From NCBI GenBank assembly GCA_012295275.1, contig CM022673.1:20956001-21020000 (forward strand): a DNA stretch of 64,000 nucleotides, read 5' to 3'. The DNA comes from Chrysomallon squamiferum (Eukaryota; Animalia; Mollusca). A model generated the notes under the pieces. It was given only the letters and a program-made list of their open reading frames with translations, did not search any database and had not been told where the DNA came from. Positions 52,992-64,000 of the stretch are shown one piece after another (position 1 is the stretch's first letter; every line of letters begins with the position of its first letter). Both the position numbers and the translations under genes were made by a program.

Positions 52992-55900
52992 ATGTTCACA
53001 TCCGGAATATTCACGTGTTCAAGCAGAAGTCAAATAACCTGTGTTTTTCAAAGGATTTTAAAATTTAATGTTACATACAGTTTGATAAATCAGTTTTCGC
53101 TTTATGGTAGGCGCGCAATCATGTCAGGAGATTTAACAGGTAATTTTTTTTATATTTGATTTGATGGTTTCGATTGGTAGATCATTTGATTTAGAATAAG
53201 AATTAATTTGTTGTATAATTTGTTAATTAAAATTATTAATCATGGCATATTATGATATTTATCACAAACTATGTACATCATTATGTGCCATGATGATATG
53301 ACACCAAAAACAAACAAACAAACAAACAAACAAACAAACAAACAAACAAATAAATAAATAAATAATCATCATCAGCAGCATAATCATATTCATAGGGGGT
53401 TTAAAATTGCTGCTATTTCCTTAGTTAATTTTTAACATATTCACTTAATCTTGGTATCATTTTAAAGAGGTTTACAAGCTCTTATTTATTTTCAGATTAG
53501 AGGGTTTTGAAATAATTTGTCGACATACCTACATAATGTATTCACAATATTGAATATAATAATATTGGACTATCAAAGACATTGATACGTCATCATGATA
53601 ATCATAATGATAGTGTAATTTCATATGTAAAATTAAAGCGAGAGTAACCTTTATAATATAACTATTATAATTATTATAACAACATTTATATATTTTGTTA
53701 TATATTTCTAAGAACACTAAATGAATCAAAACACGAAATTAATATTTATTTTTATTTGTAATTTTACTTCAGATTTAAGAATGCCATATAAAGAAAAACA
53801 TGAAATATTTGACTTTGATCATCTGGCTTCAAAAGATCCTTTTATGCAGTTCAAGTCTTGGTTTGATGAAGCACTGAATACAGAAACCATTAAAGAACCC
53901 AATGCAGTGGCTCTAACTACTGCAACAAAGTACCACATTTTATATATTTTAATTTGTTTAATTATAACTAATAGTTTTCTGTTTCTAAAGTAAAGCATCA
54001 TTGCCTCTGTTTTACTGTTATATTTTGCAAAATGTATTACTGCTGAGAACTATATTGCTTCTTGACAAATTCAAGAAATAATGAATCATTAATGAAAAAG
54101 ATTATAAATTTATATAGACCAAAAAATAAAGACAAAACAGAGTTTAGAAAACATAAACAATATAAATAAAAAATTATTTATTTATATACTTTTAAGGGAT
54201 GGATTTCCATCAGCAAGGATTATTTTGCTGAAAGAATATAGTCCAGAGTTTGGATTCAAATTTTTCACCAACTACGAAAGTCGTAAAGCAAAGGAATTGG
54301 TATGTATTAAAGCTAATGGAACTTGTAATTTTGTTTTTATTGTTAATTGTAAGTTAATTTGAAAAAAATATATAAATAAATATATATTATTTTTAAGTAT
54401 CCACCCTCCAAGAAAAAGAAATAAGTATTGACTTATTTCATCAAAATACACACATACACACACAAGCACAATACGAATATAATTTCATTTGGTGATCCGA
54501 ATATTCCTTTGTTACAACTGCGAAAAAGCAGCTAAGTTTAAGTACAGAACACAAACATGCTAATTCACTAAAATGTCTGCTAGCTGAGTATGTGCATGAT
54601 AAGCACAACAAACAGTGTTATGAGTGCTGTTCAAATGCTGGGTTTTTGATATTAGACAACAAACTGATCCAAATCTATGGTTTTGAAAATATGTTCATTT
54701 GCTTTGTTAATTAATACAATTATAGTTTGGTATTAATATGGTTTCTTAGCATTCAGTTAAAAAGGAGAAAAAGAAAACAAAAGGCACATTACAATAAACT
54801 GAACCTAAATGAAACAGTGCCATTGGTTGTTACCTGCAGGAGAATCCAAGTCGGCAAGGGCTTTCCATATATCCCCAAATCCTGTGTATTGCTTCCAGTG
54901 ACACCAAACAGCAAAAGATGTTCCCAGATAAGGGAGACCAGGTGGTCAAAGCCATGAGATATGGGTTTTTAGCTATGGCAAAAAATCACAAGAAATCTCT
55001 ACTACTATTGTTAAAATCAGATCCTGTCATGGCCTACTAAATCTCCAAACCTGAAACCTGTAGAGCAATTACGTGATGAGCTTGATCAGCATTAACCATG
55101 GCAACAGAATCGTCTAGTATTTGCACTGATATTATAGGCAGAGAGTCTCACTATTGTTTTCATGGCATTGAGATGTTTTCAGTTCTTTATATTAACCTAG
55201 TAGTGTTAGGACATTATTTTTTATTTAGAATGTTACTTCTGTAACTGATATCAGTTTCAAATGTTTGTAGATAACCTGAACATTCTTCACTGGTCTGTTA
55301 AATTCCCATTTCTAATGAACAAAATTTTCTTTTACATTTCTTTTTTCATATATAATAATTAATAAGTTATTTCGTAAAAAAAAAAAAAAAAAAAAAAATT
55401 AACTTTAGTTTCTAACAATTCTATAAATATATCTGTGAAACACAGGTATAATTGTTTGAATATTAATTCTATTTTTTAAATTACAGAAGGAAAACCCACA
55501 CTGCGGTTTGCTTTTCTATTGGCCAGAATTGATGAGGCAGGTAATCAAATTAATTATTGTTAGTTTTTTAACAGAATTTGAAAATTTGTATTACTTCTTT
55601 ACATCCATGCCAGATAAGAATTATTATTTAAATATATAATTTATTTTTTTACTGAGTCATTTAAATCAAAGACTTAAAAAAAGCACTGATAGAAATAGAA
55701 GGTTTTTGAAATATTCAAATTTGTTTAGTATTTTTAATGTGGTTTAAAAAGAAATGTTAATAATGTTTAATTTGTTTACTATACACTAATAAAGTAATAA
55801 TTATAAAATTGTATTAATCCTTTAAAAAGCAAAAAAAAATACCCCCCAAAATGAACACAAATCAATCATAAACAATGAAACAAGAAACAAAAGTGCATTC

Positions 55901-57140
55901 TTGTGATTTTACACAATATAAGATGATGCTAAAATATCATTTCTTTATTAATTCTGTTTATGAAAGTAATTTCTTTTTATTTATCTTAATTTTCTAATTT
56001 TAAAACAATTGTATAAAAATAGGGCACAAGTTGTACAGGAATAGGAGGGCAGCTCACCACACCCTATTTTGGGACCACCCATGTGCCTGAAATTCAGAAA
56101 ATGTCCACCCTCATTTGGTAAATTCTAAAATGTGCTGATAATTGCTGCAACAAATCCGACTATAATTATTATCATCAGCAGGCATCAGTTTGTGAAACCA
56201 ACGGCACTTTTCAGCGCCAACAAACAAATACAAATGACAGATTTTAGTGCTAATAAAAAACATAAACAACACTTTTTAGAGCTAATCAACAAATAGGAAC
56301 AATACGTTTTACTGCCTATAAACAAATACAAATATTCATGAATGTTTAACTATTAGACCTTGTCAGTTCTACCCTTTTGAAGACAGATAATAGGAAAAGA
56401 AAATGCCACTTTTTCTACCTGTGCCCTGCCCAGTTTTCAGTCTGGATGAGGACTCACTATTCAGTCATTGTAATGTTTACAAGTAATGTGGTGAAGTGGT
56501 ATTATTTTTACCTTTGTTTAGATAAGAATAGAAGGAACAGCATCAAAAATACCAGAAGAAGAATCAATAGACTACTTTAGAAAAAGACCAAAACCAAATC
56601 AGATTGGTGCAGTAGTTAGCCGTCAAAGTCAGGTGATAATCAGTAGACAGGTAAGTTACCAAATATATTCATATTTCAAAACAGTCTTTATCTCTGAAAT
56701 TATAGTTTATTTGCATTATATTTTCAATGAAAAATTATCTCAATGAATCTATAATAAACTATTAAATTTATTGCAATAATTGAGAAAAATCATAAATATA
56801 GTCTTTATATCCTAATTGTTTTTATAAATAAAAAGAAGCCTATTTTTCTATAAAAAGGGGGTTTCAAATTTTTAATGCATTTTTAAAACTAAACAGAAAT
56901 ATTTTTGTATTCCCTTTTTAAACACTGTATTTTTAGGTACTTGATGAAAGCTACAATGCTCTCACTTCAAAATATTCTGGAGAAGATGCAACTGTTCCAA
57001 AACCTGATAATTGGTAAGATAATCTGTTTTAAAAGAAAAATAATTTTTCCAAAAACAATTATTTTAAAAAAAAGTGTGCCAACACAGTACTCAGAAGAGA
57101 TTCTCAATAAACTTTAAAGTGTTTCAGTTTAAATTGTAAG

Positions 57141-57174
<34 letters not shown>

Positions 57175-57418
57175 ATTATTTAATTTTGTTAGTTTTTTTC
57201 ACTTCAGACAGAACCAACCACGCTTATAAAACATTTTATTTATTTATATTAGGGGAGGTTACTCTATCCAGCCTCACATGTTTGAGTTTTGGCAAGGACA
57301 GTCTGACCGGCTGCATGACCGCATTGTTTTCAGGAAGCCATCAGAGAATGAGATAATAAATCCAGAAACAACACACCGAGGAGAAAATGGCTGGCTCTTT
57401 GAACGACTATGTCCATAG
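52992..57418 (+). CDS. PNPO: Pyridoxine/pyridoxamine 5'-phosphate oxidase; exons 52992(or 53121)-53149, 53773-53929, 54197-54299, 55487-55540, 56522-56650, 56937-57013, 57253-57418
   Basis: [70 protein letters not shown] and [26 protein letters not shown]. Confidence 0.95.
54960..55185 (+). mobile_element. Decayed Tc1-type transposase C-terminal remnant in PNPO intron 3
   Basis: 55030 onward translates [20 protein letters not shown], matching the Tc1 WPxxSPDLNPIExLWDEL motif. Boundaries are approximate. Confidence 0.7.
56021..56427. mobile_element. Possible MITE in PNPO intron 4
   Basis: Terminal inverted repeat agggcacaagt / acctgtgccct (1 mismatch) around a GC-richer island. No TSD seen. 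Confidence 0.4.
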
Positions 57419-57488
57419 GAAAAGAAAATTATTATTACACATGCAGTATTCTCAAATATTAATTTGTGTAATATTTAATAGAAATAAA

Positions 57489-57540
<52 letters not shown>

Positions 57541-58669
57541 TGTCTAAATGTATAATTTTTTAAAAATAATCAAATGAAATGTTACTTTGGACTGGATAAT
57601 GAATTTTGAATTGTTAAATTTACATATTTGGTATTATTTCAGGATTTTATTATTTATTTATTTGCATATTACAGTTTTGTATAAATAATATTTTGTAAAT
57701 ATTCAGTGGTTGCTTACTTATTAAATACTGTGTATGATCAAGAAATAGAAAATTGTCTTAAAATGAACTATTTTTATTTTAATGTTACATATATATATAA
57801 TATACATTGATTCATTATTGATTCTTAATGTACAGATATATTAGTTTTATTGTTTATTTATTTTGAAATCAAATAAAATCCAAAAAACTGTTATGTTTAT
57901 TTATTCTGGTATTAACCATTTTTAATCACGTAATTGGAAACATACTTATGAATCATTTTTTTTTTTATATATAATATTTTTGTTATCATAGTTCAGAGAA
58001 ATTTTTTCTGCAGTTGAAGTGAACTTGTAATTTCTTATTGTTTGTTGAGTACTGTATACAAATAAAGAATTACAGTAATGCGATAATTAGTTCGTTAATC
58101 ATATCCATTATAGTTGTTGAAGTTTTTATATATATATATATATATATATCACTAAAGAAATGTCAGTAACAAAAGTGGCTGGGACCATATATAAATGTGT
58201 GTGTGCAAAACATTGTTTCATATGGCTTCTAACAGATAATTATAACCTGGTGTTGATCAGAGGACTAAACTATCCAGGGTATACATTACATCTGATATGT
58301 TGCTTCACATTATTTGTATACGCGTCGCTGATTGACAAGACTTATTATAATTATATACAACTATGATAATTTACCTTGATTTTTCCATAATTTTGTCCAC
58401 TGAAATATAAAGATCACTGATAGATCGATCATGCCATTGCAGCTTTGTTGTGTCTTCGTTTTTTAAAGGATTTTGATCTAAGAAAATATATTTACATTTA
58501 GTGTACCCAATACACATTTTAATTACTGTATACATGGTTATTGATACTAGTAATATTCATTATGCTGTTTTTGATTCATTGTTAATATAATGTAAAGAAA
58601 AAAATAATAAATTACTCCTAAAACAGAAGAAAAGTGATTATTCTTTTTGTGATTCATTTAAATAAGATG

Positions 58670-58795
58670 CCAGAAAAACGGAACTGTTCATATGTTGAAT
58701 AAATAATTATTAATGTAATAATGTTATCAAATGACCAGAAAAACGGAACTGTTCATATGTTGATTATTAATGTAATAATGTTATCACATGACCAG
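58670..58795. repeat. Direct tandem duplication, ~58-66 bp unit x2
   Basis: ccagaaaaacggaactgttcatatgttga...attattaatgtaataatgttatca.atgaccag is repeated. Confidence 0.9.
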
Positions 58796-58798
58796 TAA

Positions 58799-58960
58799 AA
58801 GGAAGGATATAATTTATTTAACGATGCCCACAGCACATTTCATTGACAGTTTTTTATGAGGGTGAGTCGTATGATTAAGGATTACCCAGATTACAAAAGG
58901 ATACACGCATGGTCACATCATCAGACAGGATACTACATACTACAGTCTTGTTATACCAGA
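58799..58960 (+). mobile_element. Degenerate interspersed repeat (aaggaagga..tttatttaacga.gc.c.ca.cacattt family)
   Basis: A second partial copy lies at 18405-18482 in opposite orientation. It resembles a repeat recalled from peltospirid snail genomes (unverified). Confidence 0.5.
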
Positions 58961-61900
58961 TATTGCTCTGTGGTCCTCCGCGTCTTAGCACTTGGCCTCC
59001 TCGCCCGAATTACCGATGGAAATGTGCTTGAATAGAGTTTCTTCTGTCATATCATTATAATAAAAAGAAAGTGGAAAAAAATCACGTTTATCATGTAACA
59101 CTTGTCGATAAAATATTTTAATATACCGCTAAAAAAAAGAAGATTTTTATCAAAAAATATTATTTTATTTATTATATTTGTTTTATTATTTTCATTTTTC
59201 TAAGCAGCAAATTACAGCATATTAATAAGTGCATGTTTGTTGTTACAGTTTTATTCTGTTCTAGTATAGCATCTACTGCAGTATGTAATTACATTATTGC
59301 TTCAATCAACCTTTTACTTCTGCTCAACGATAGCTAGCTGGTTATCTTCATGAATAGAGATTCAAGGTCTCTGGACATGGAATTCGTCTGCAATATCCAA
59401 AAACAACACACTGTGCTACAGGGTGAAAGAGGAGGCTTTTAATTGTCACACAATTTTATTCTTCTGTTATTTTACTAATGACCTGCATCGTGGAAAGAAC
59501 AGCAGATCGTGTGTTATCTACTGGTTGGATATTTTACTAGTTTATTCTTACTTTAAAAGTGTTGAAGACGTTTACATGCAGTACTTGTGAATTTGACCGG
59601 ATCTAGATGTACTGAAGCCATACAATAATATGATAACAACAATTCTGTTTGATTCTGCAAATAATGGATTTGTGACTGATGACTTTTTAATATATAATGA
59701 ATTACTGATTATATCGGTTACCAATTCTACAAGTTTTAAAAAAGATGATTTTTGAGTTTAGATCCATGAGCATTGCTTTTACACCTTTTAACACACAACT
59801 GTAATTGTGAATCCGTTAGCATTTCACTATTCCTCTTAAACACAAACCATTTACGGCAGTAATTCCATTAATATTTCTATAAATTAATTTGTCCTAAATT
59901 AATTAGTTATTATGAAACTGTTAATGTTTAAAGTAAAAATGCCAAAGGCATGACGTCAAAGACGAAGAGTATTTAAATGAAAAACACATTCTTTAATTAT
60001 AAGACATCCGAACGTCAAATCCGTAGCCTCTTTAAATTACATGTTAATTTAGTTATGTACAAGTTATTTTTCAGTTACTACAAATGACAGTCCATTCATA
60101 ACTCTTTTATGTTGTTTGCATATTTATTTTAGAATTATCTAGCAGTTTCTGTGTTTCTTTCTCTCTCTCTTTCTGTTTGTGTATATGTATGAGTTTAAAT
60201 TAATATAAATCTAAAGCCATGCTATACTATTATTACTACATCAATGACTACTATTATTGCTACTGCAATCATTATTAATACGACAATTACTGATGCTACT
60301 AACATACTGTTACCAACACTAATACTTACTGTTACTGCTACTACCACTCCTTAAAATAGAAACCAAACACACACACATACAAACGCACACAAATGTATAT
60401 ACATATATGTAGACTCATATGTATAATGATTTTAGTCTTGTTAAACAGTGTTGTGTATTGGACATTGTAAATAACGCCAAAATGCAACATCAGTGATTGT
60501 CTCAATGTTTGATTTAGTCTGGTTATTTAAATAATATCTACATAAATATGTCTGTAGATCTTTAACTTACGTGACCTGCTTGTAATTTTATTTACGTATT
60601 CATAAGAAATATTTCTACGTGCAACAGATCGCGGTAACTCATCTTCAATGCACTCTTGAAGTTAATTCCCGTTCCGACAATTACCAAACGCTATGGAATC
60701 TGCGTTCTAGTCAGAAGGAAGGTGTTCTTAAGAGATCCCAAGCAGCTGTCCAATAAAACATCTCACAGATTAACTCCGACCGGATTTCTCTGTAATTAAC
60801 TTGACATGAGCCGTAGTTACTGTAATAATTGTTAAGACTTTATTTGTTGAACATTTTTTTTTTTTTTTTCGTTAATTTATAGCTATATACATATGCATTT
60901 TCTGATGCATGGTTAAAAGGACAGAGCAGTTGACCAACAAATTCTGTATCAGAACAATATTTGAGAAATTTTGAAATGTTGAGATGAAGTTAATTTTAAT
61001 TAATAAAACTGACATGAAGCATTTTCAAAAACATTTAAGAAACTCTTGCAGGTAAAATAATAAATTTACGTTTTTAAGTAGAGGTAGAAGGTAAAAAAAT
61101 CGATAAATGAATTCTGTGTTTCATATATCAGGCTCTTGCGGTTGGTAGTTATTTGGGGTTGTAAAAGACATATAATTAATTTAATGGTTAGTAGAAAAAA
61201 GGAAAACATAAATAAAGTATAAAGAAATGTTAGAGGTAAACCAGAGCTGGTGTAGACTAATAATGATAACTAATTACCTACCGTAAGAAGTATTTATTTT
61301 TAAAAATAAAAAAAGAACTCCTATATTATGGCTTTTAAAAAATACTAGATACATCAACATTATTTTAATTGTTGCTATATTCACTTACATCCACTTACAC
61401 ACACACACACACACACACACACAACATTATAAAAACGTTCATTTATTAGCTAGGAAAAGTCTAAAGAAATCTAAATAAACAACAACATAAATCTATAAAT
61501 ACTGGTTTTGAAGATGTATGTCACATCGCAGATTCGTATCTAATCTAAATACGAGATCACAGAAATTAATAATTTTATTTCTTTCATCGCGACTGTGGTG
61601 ACCGCTGCATCTTGCTATGTAAAATGTGACTGTCATCTGCTGTCTGTTCTTGGACATGCTAATGGAAGTTGCTAGTCTGTTTCTACTGCTACGGTTCAGA
61701 ATTCTACCATCATGTTAACACCTGGATCTGTTAAACAAATCAATAGGTAAATAAATCTAACTCATTACATGTAAATAGTACATCTATCATTTGTATAGAA
61801 GACAGTTTTTTTTCTTTGAAAGGAAAACTGAGAAGATACAGGTAACAAAAAAATAAATAAAATAAAATAAAATAAACAAAAACAAACACAAACACAAACA

Positions 61901-62046
61901 CAAACATCAACAGTAACAAAAGAAAACAAAAAACCGCGAAAATCATTAGAATAGAAAACTAACGATACACAATCCAAATAAAAATATATAAATATCAATA
62001 AACAAAAAACAACAGCAGCAACAACAATGAAATAATAATAATACAT

Positions 62047-62129
62047 CAGGTACCGGACCAGTTATCCGGCGTCCTGAAATCCGGAATGCCTCAGGCCCCA
62101 AGGAGTCCGGATAATTGTTCCGGTACCTG
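62047..62129. mobile_element. 83-bp hairpin MITE, Tc1/mariner-pogo-like
   Basis: TIR caggtaccggaccagttatccgg / ccggataattgttccggtacctg (23 bp, 2 mismatches). It starts with CAG and has TA on the right flank. Confidence 0.75.
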
Positions 62130-64000
62130 TAATAATAAGACATGTATATCTCTGTATGTGCGTGCGTGTTTATATTTATATATACATATATATACACATA
62201 CACATATACAAATATATATACATATACATATACACACGTATTAGTATATATATATATACCGATCACGATATATACAGTTCAGCGTCTGTCTGTCATCACC
62301 ACCATCGTCATCATTTTTTAATGAATAAATTGTTATCATGTTCACTTTGTGACAGTTCGTTTGAATAATTGACGACTTTTAACGTAGTTGCTTAGAGATG
62401 AAGACAAACAATTAATTGTCATTATTATTATTATTATTATTATGTAAATTAGTTTGTATTATACTTCTCTTGTTTCTTTACTGATGCAAATAATAATAAA
62501 CATTAAAAACACATCGATGATTAAAAATTACGATTCTTTTTCTTTTGGAAAGCAAAATACAAAAACAAAACAAAAACCAGACCACAAACACACCAACATA
62601 CACTTACAGATAAACACACAGATAAACAGACTGATAGTCGGACAGACAGATACGACTGACAAGGAAAACCCCCAGCAGCTATCAGTTTCTTAATACAAAT
62701 GACGAATCTGTAGAATTATTACAATTAATTTGTACAACAAAACAAAAGAACATGCGAAAGAAATCCCATTAAATAGCCAGTAACCATAAACCAGAACAGT
62801 GGGTGTACAACGAGACGATTTTCATCTTCTCTTGACTTTTACTTCGAGTACGGGTTTCAAAATAACATACAGTGTACAAAGACAAATCATCTACTTGACG
62901 TTAGGAAAGGGAAAGTTTTTTTTAATTTTTTTATGTTGTATATATTTTTAATTTTTTTTTTCTTTTCGGATTAGCTTTTTTTAAAGACATAATAAGTTCT
63001 CTTTATAATAATATTAAAGAGAATTTTCTCTTTAGCTGCTTTTTGCGCTGTGTGTTTATCAGTCTTCGTTCAAAGGGACTCAGCGATGAGTATACAGACA
63101 CAACATTCTCTTCTGGTTTTGTTTAATGTCTTTGTGTATGTGTGTGTGTGTGTGTGTGTCTGTGTCTGTTAGTGTGTGTGTGCGCGTGCGTTGCGTGCTA
63201 GCTCTTCTATGATGATAATCAGTTGTTAATATTAATACATTTTCTGAAATATCAGCTAACATGATTTTGGGAATTGTAAAAGTGTAATCTTTACCATAGT
63301 TAAACTTCAGTGAAGATTCGTGTAATGTTCTAGAATCGTACTTGTGCTAGTGGTATGGTCACCAAAGCACTGTGAAGTAGATACTCGAAATTTTCCTATT
63401 TTTAGATTTTCTTGAAATTGGCTCCAAGGCTAAACTGGAAAAGGCGTTTCAATTACTGTAAACTTGTTCAGTACTAAAACGTCACAGTGGATGTTATTTA
63501 CCGTTAAAAAAAGCCAATCGTTTAACAGTTAATAACAGACTAACTTGCGTATTTGTATTAAACCCTAGTCCGACAAATATAAGTCTTTAAAAAAAATATA
63601 TCAATCACAGGCTAAATAGCGTGCCACAGACAGAGGTCTTAAACTGGTGTTTTGTTTTAGATTTCATGGTTTTTTTTACAAGACATATAGTATTGGGATT
63701 AGTTGTTTACTGTAATAATTTGGCATAAACGAGATTTGTGATTTTAAACAGATACTATCTTAAGTTTCTAGATGCACCTCTCTAAGCCATCTTTTTCTCT
63801 GTTTCTCATTTTTCTCTTTTTATTTGTTCGTTATCTCTCTTTTTCTTACGCTTAGCTCTCTCTGCTCATTTCTCTACCTCCCTCTCCGTCTTCCCCTTTT
63901 TTCGTCTGTTTTGTATCATCATTTTGAATTAAAAATAATATTGTGTTAGAAGAATTACATTAAAGAACAATTTATTTATTTATTTTGTTGTCATTATTAT

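Noticed and set aside
55073-55130. Apparent C/D-box snoRNA (gtgatga...ctga) in a PNPO intron
   Set aside because: Short, has no terminal stem, and is better explained as the RDEL codons of the Tc1 remnant.
61740-62368. Several hydrophobic ORFs
   Set aside because: Derived from AT/AC microsatellites and the MITE.
1-64000. Prokaryotic-type systems (CRISPR arrays, operons), tRNA/rRNA genes, intact transposases or viral insertions
   Set aside because: None seen. The DNA is spliced eukaryotic sequence and the tandem repeats are two-copy duplications or microsatellites without spacers.

Overview
AT-rich, intron-containing animal DNA. It is most likely a gastropod: two copies of a repeat resemble, from memory and unverified, one abundant in peltospirid vent snails. 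Six conserved spliced genes can be assembled exon by exon on GT-AG borders: TRAF6 (+, 5' truncated, 716-3854), ACSS3 (-, 22522 to 12601 or 9836), FKBP4/FKBP52-59 (+, 23321 to 28099 or 29223), SCYL2 (-, 39728-31428), CDCA7 (-, 51756-48459) and PNPO (+, 52992/53121-57418). A divergent pair of unrecognised genes sits at 41.6-46.0 kb: a Cys/His-tailed protein and a secreted Thr-rich protein. The most striking pattern is that three genes each have two alternative, phase-compatible coding 3' exons. In ACSS3 and the secreted orphan these are clearly exon duplicates. Other highlights: a TGA-C readthrough candidate in FKBP4, a candidate mitochondrial presequence on PNPO, a diverged ~100-bp inverted repeat between convergent 3' ends, a visible CpG-depleted/CpG-retaining mosaic, and single-base homopolymer frameshifts that are probably assembly errors. 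All gene models were read by eye; no searches were run.
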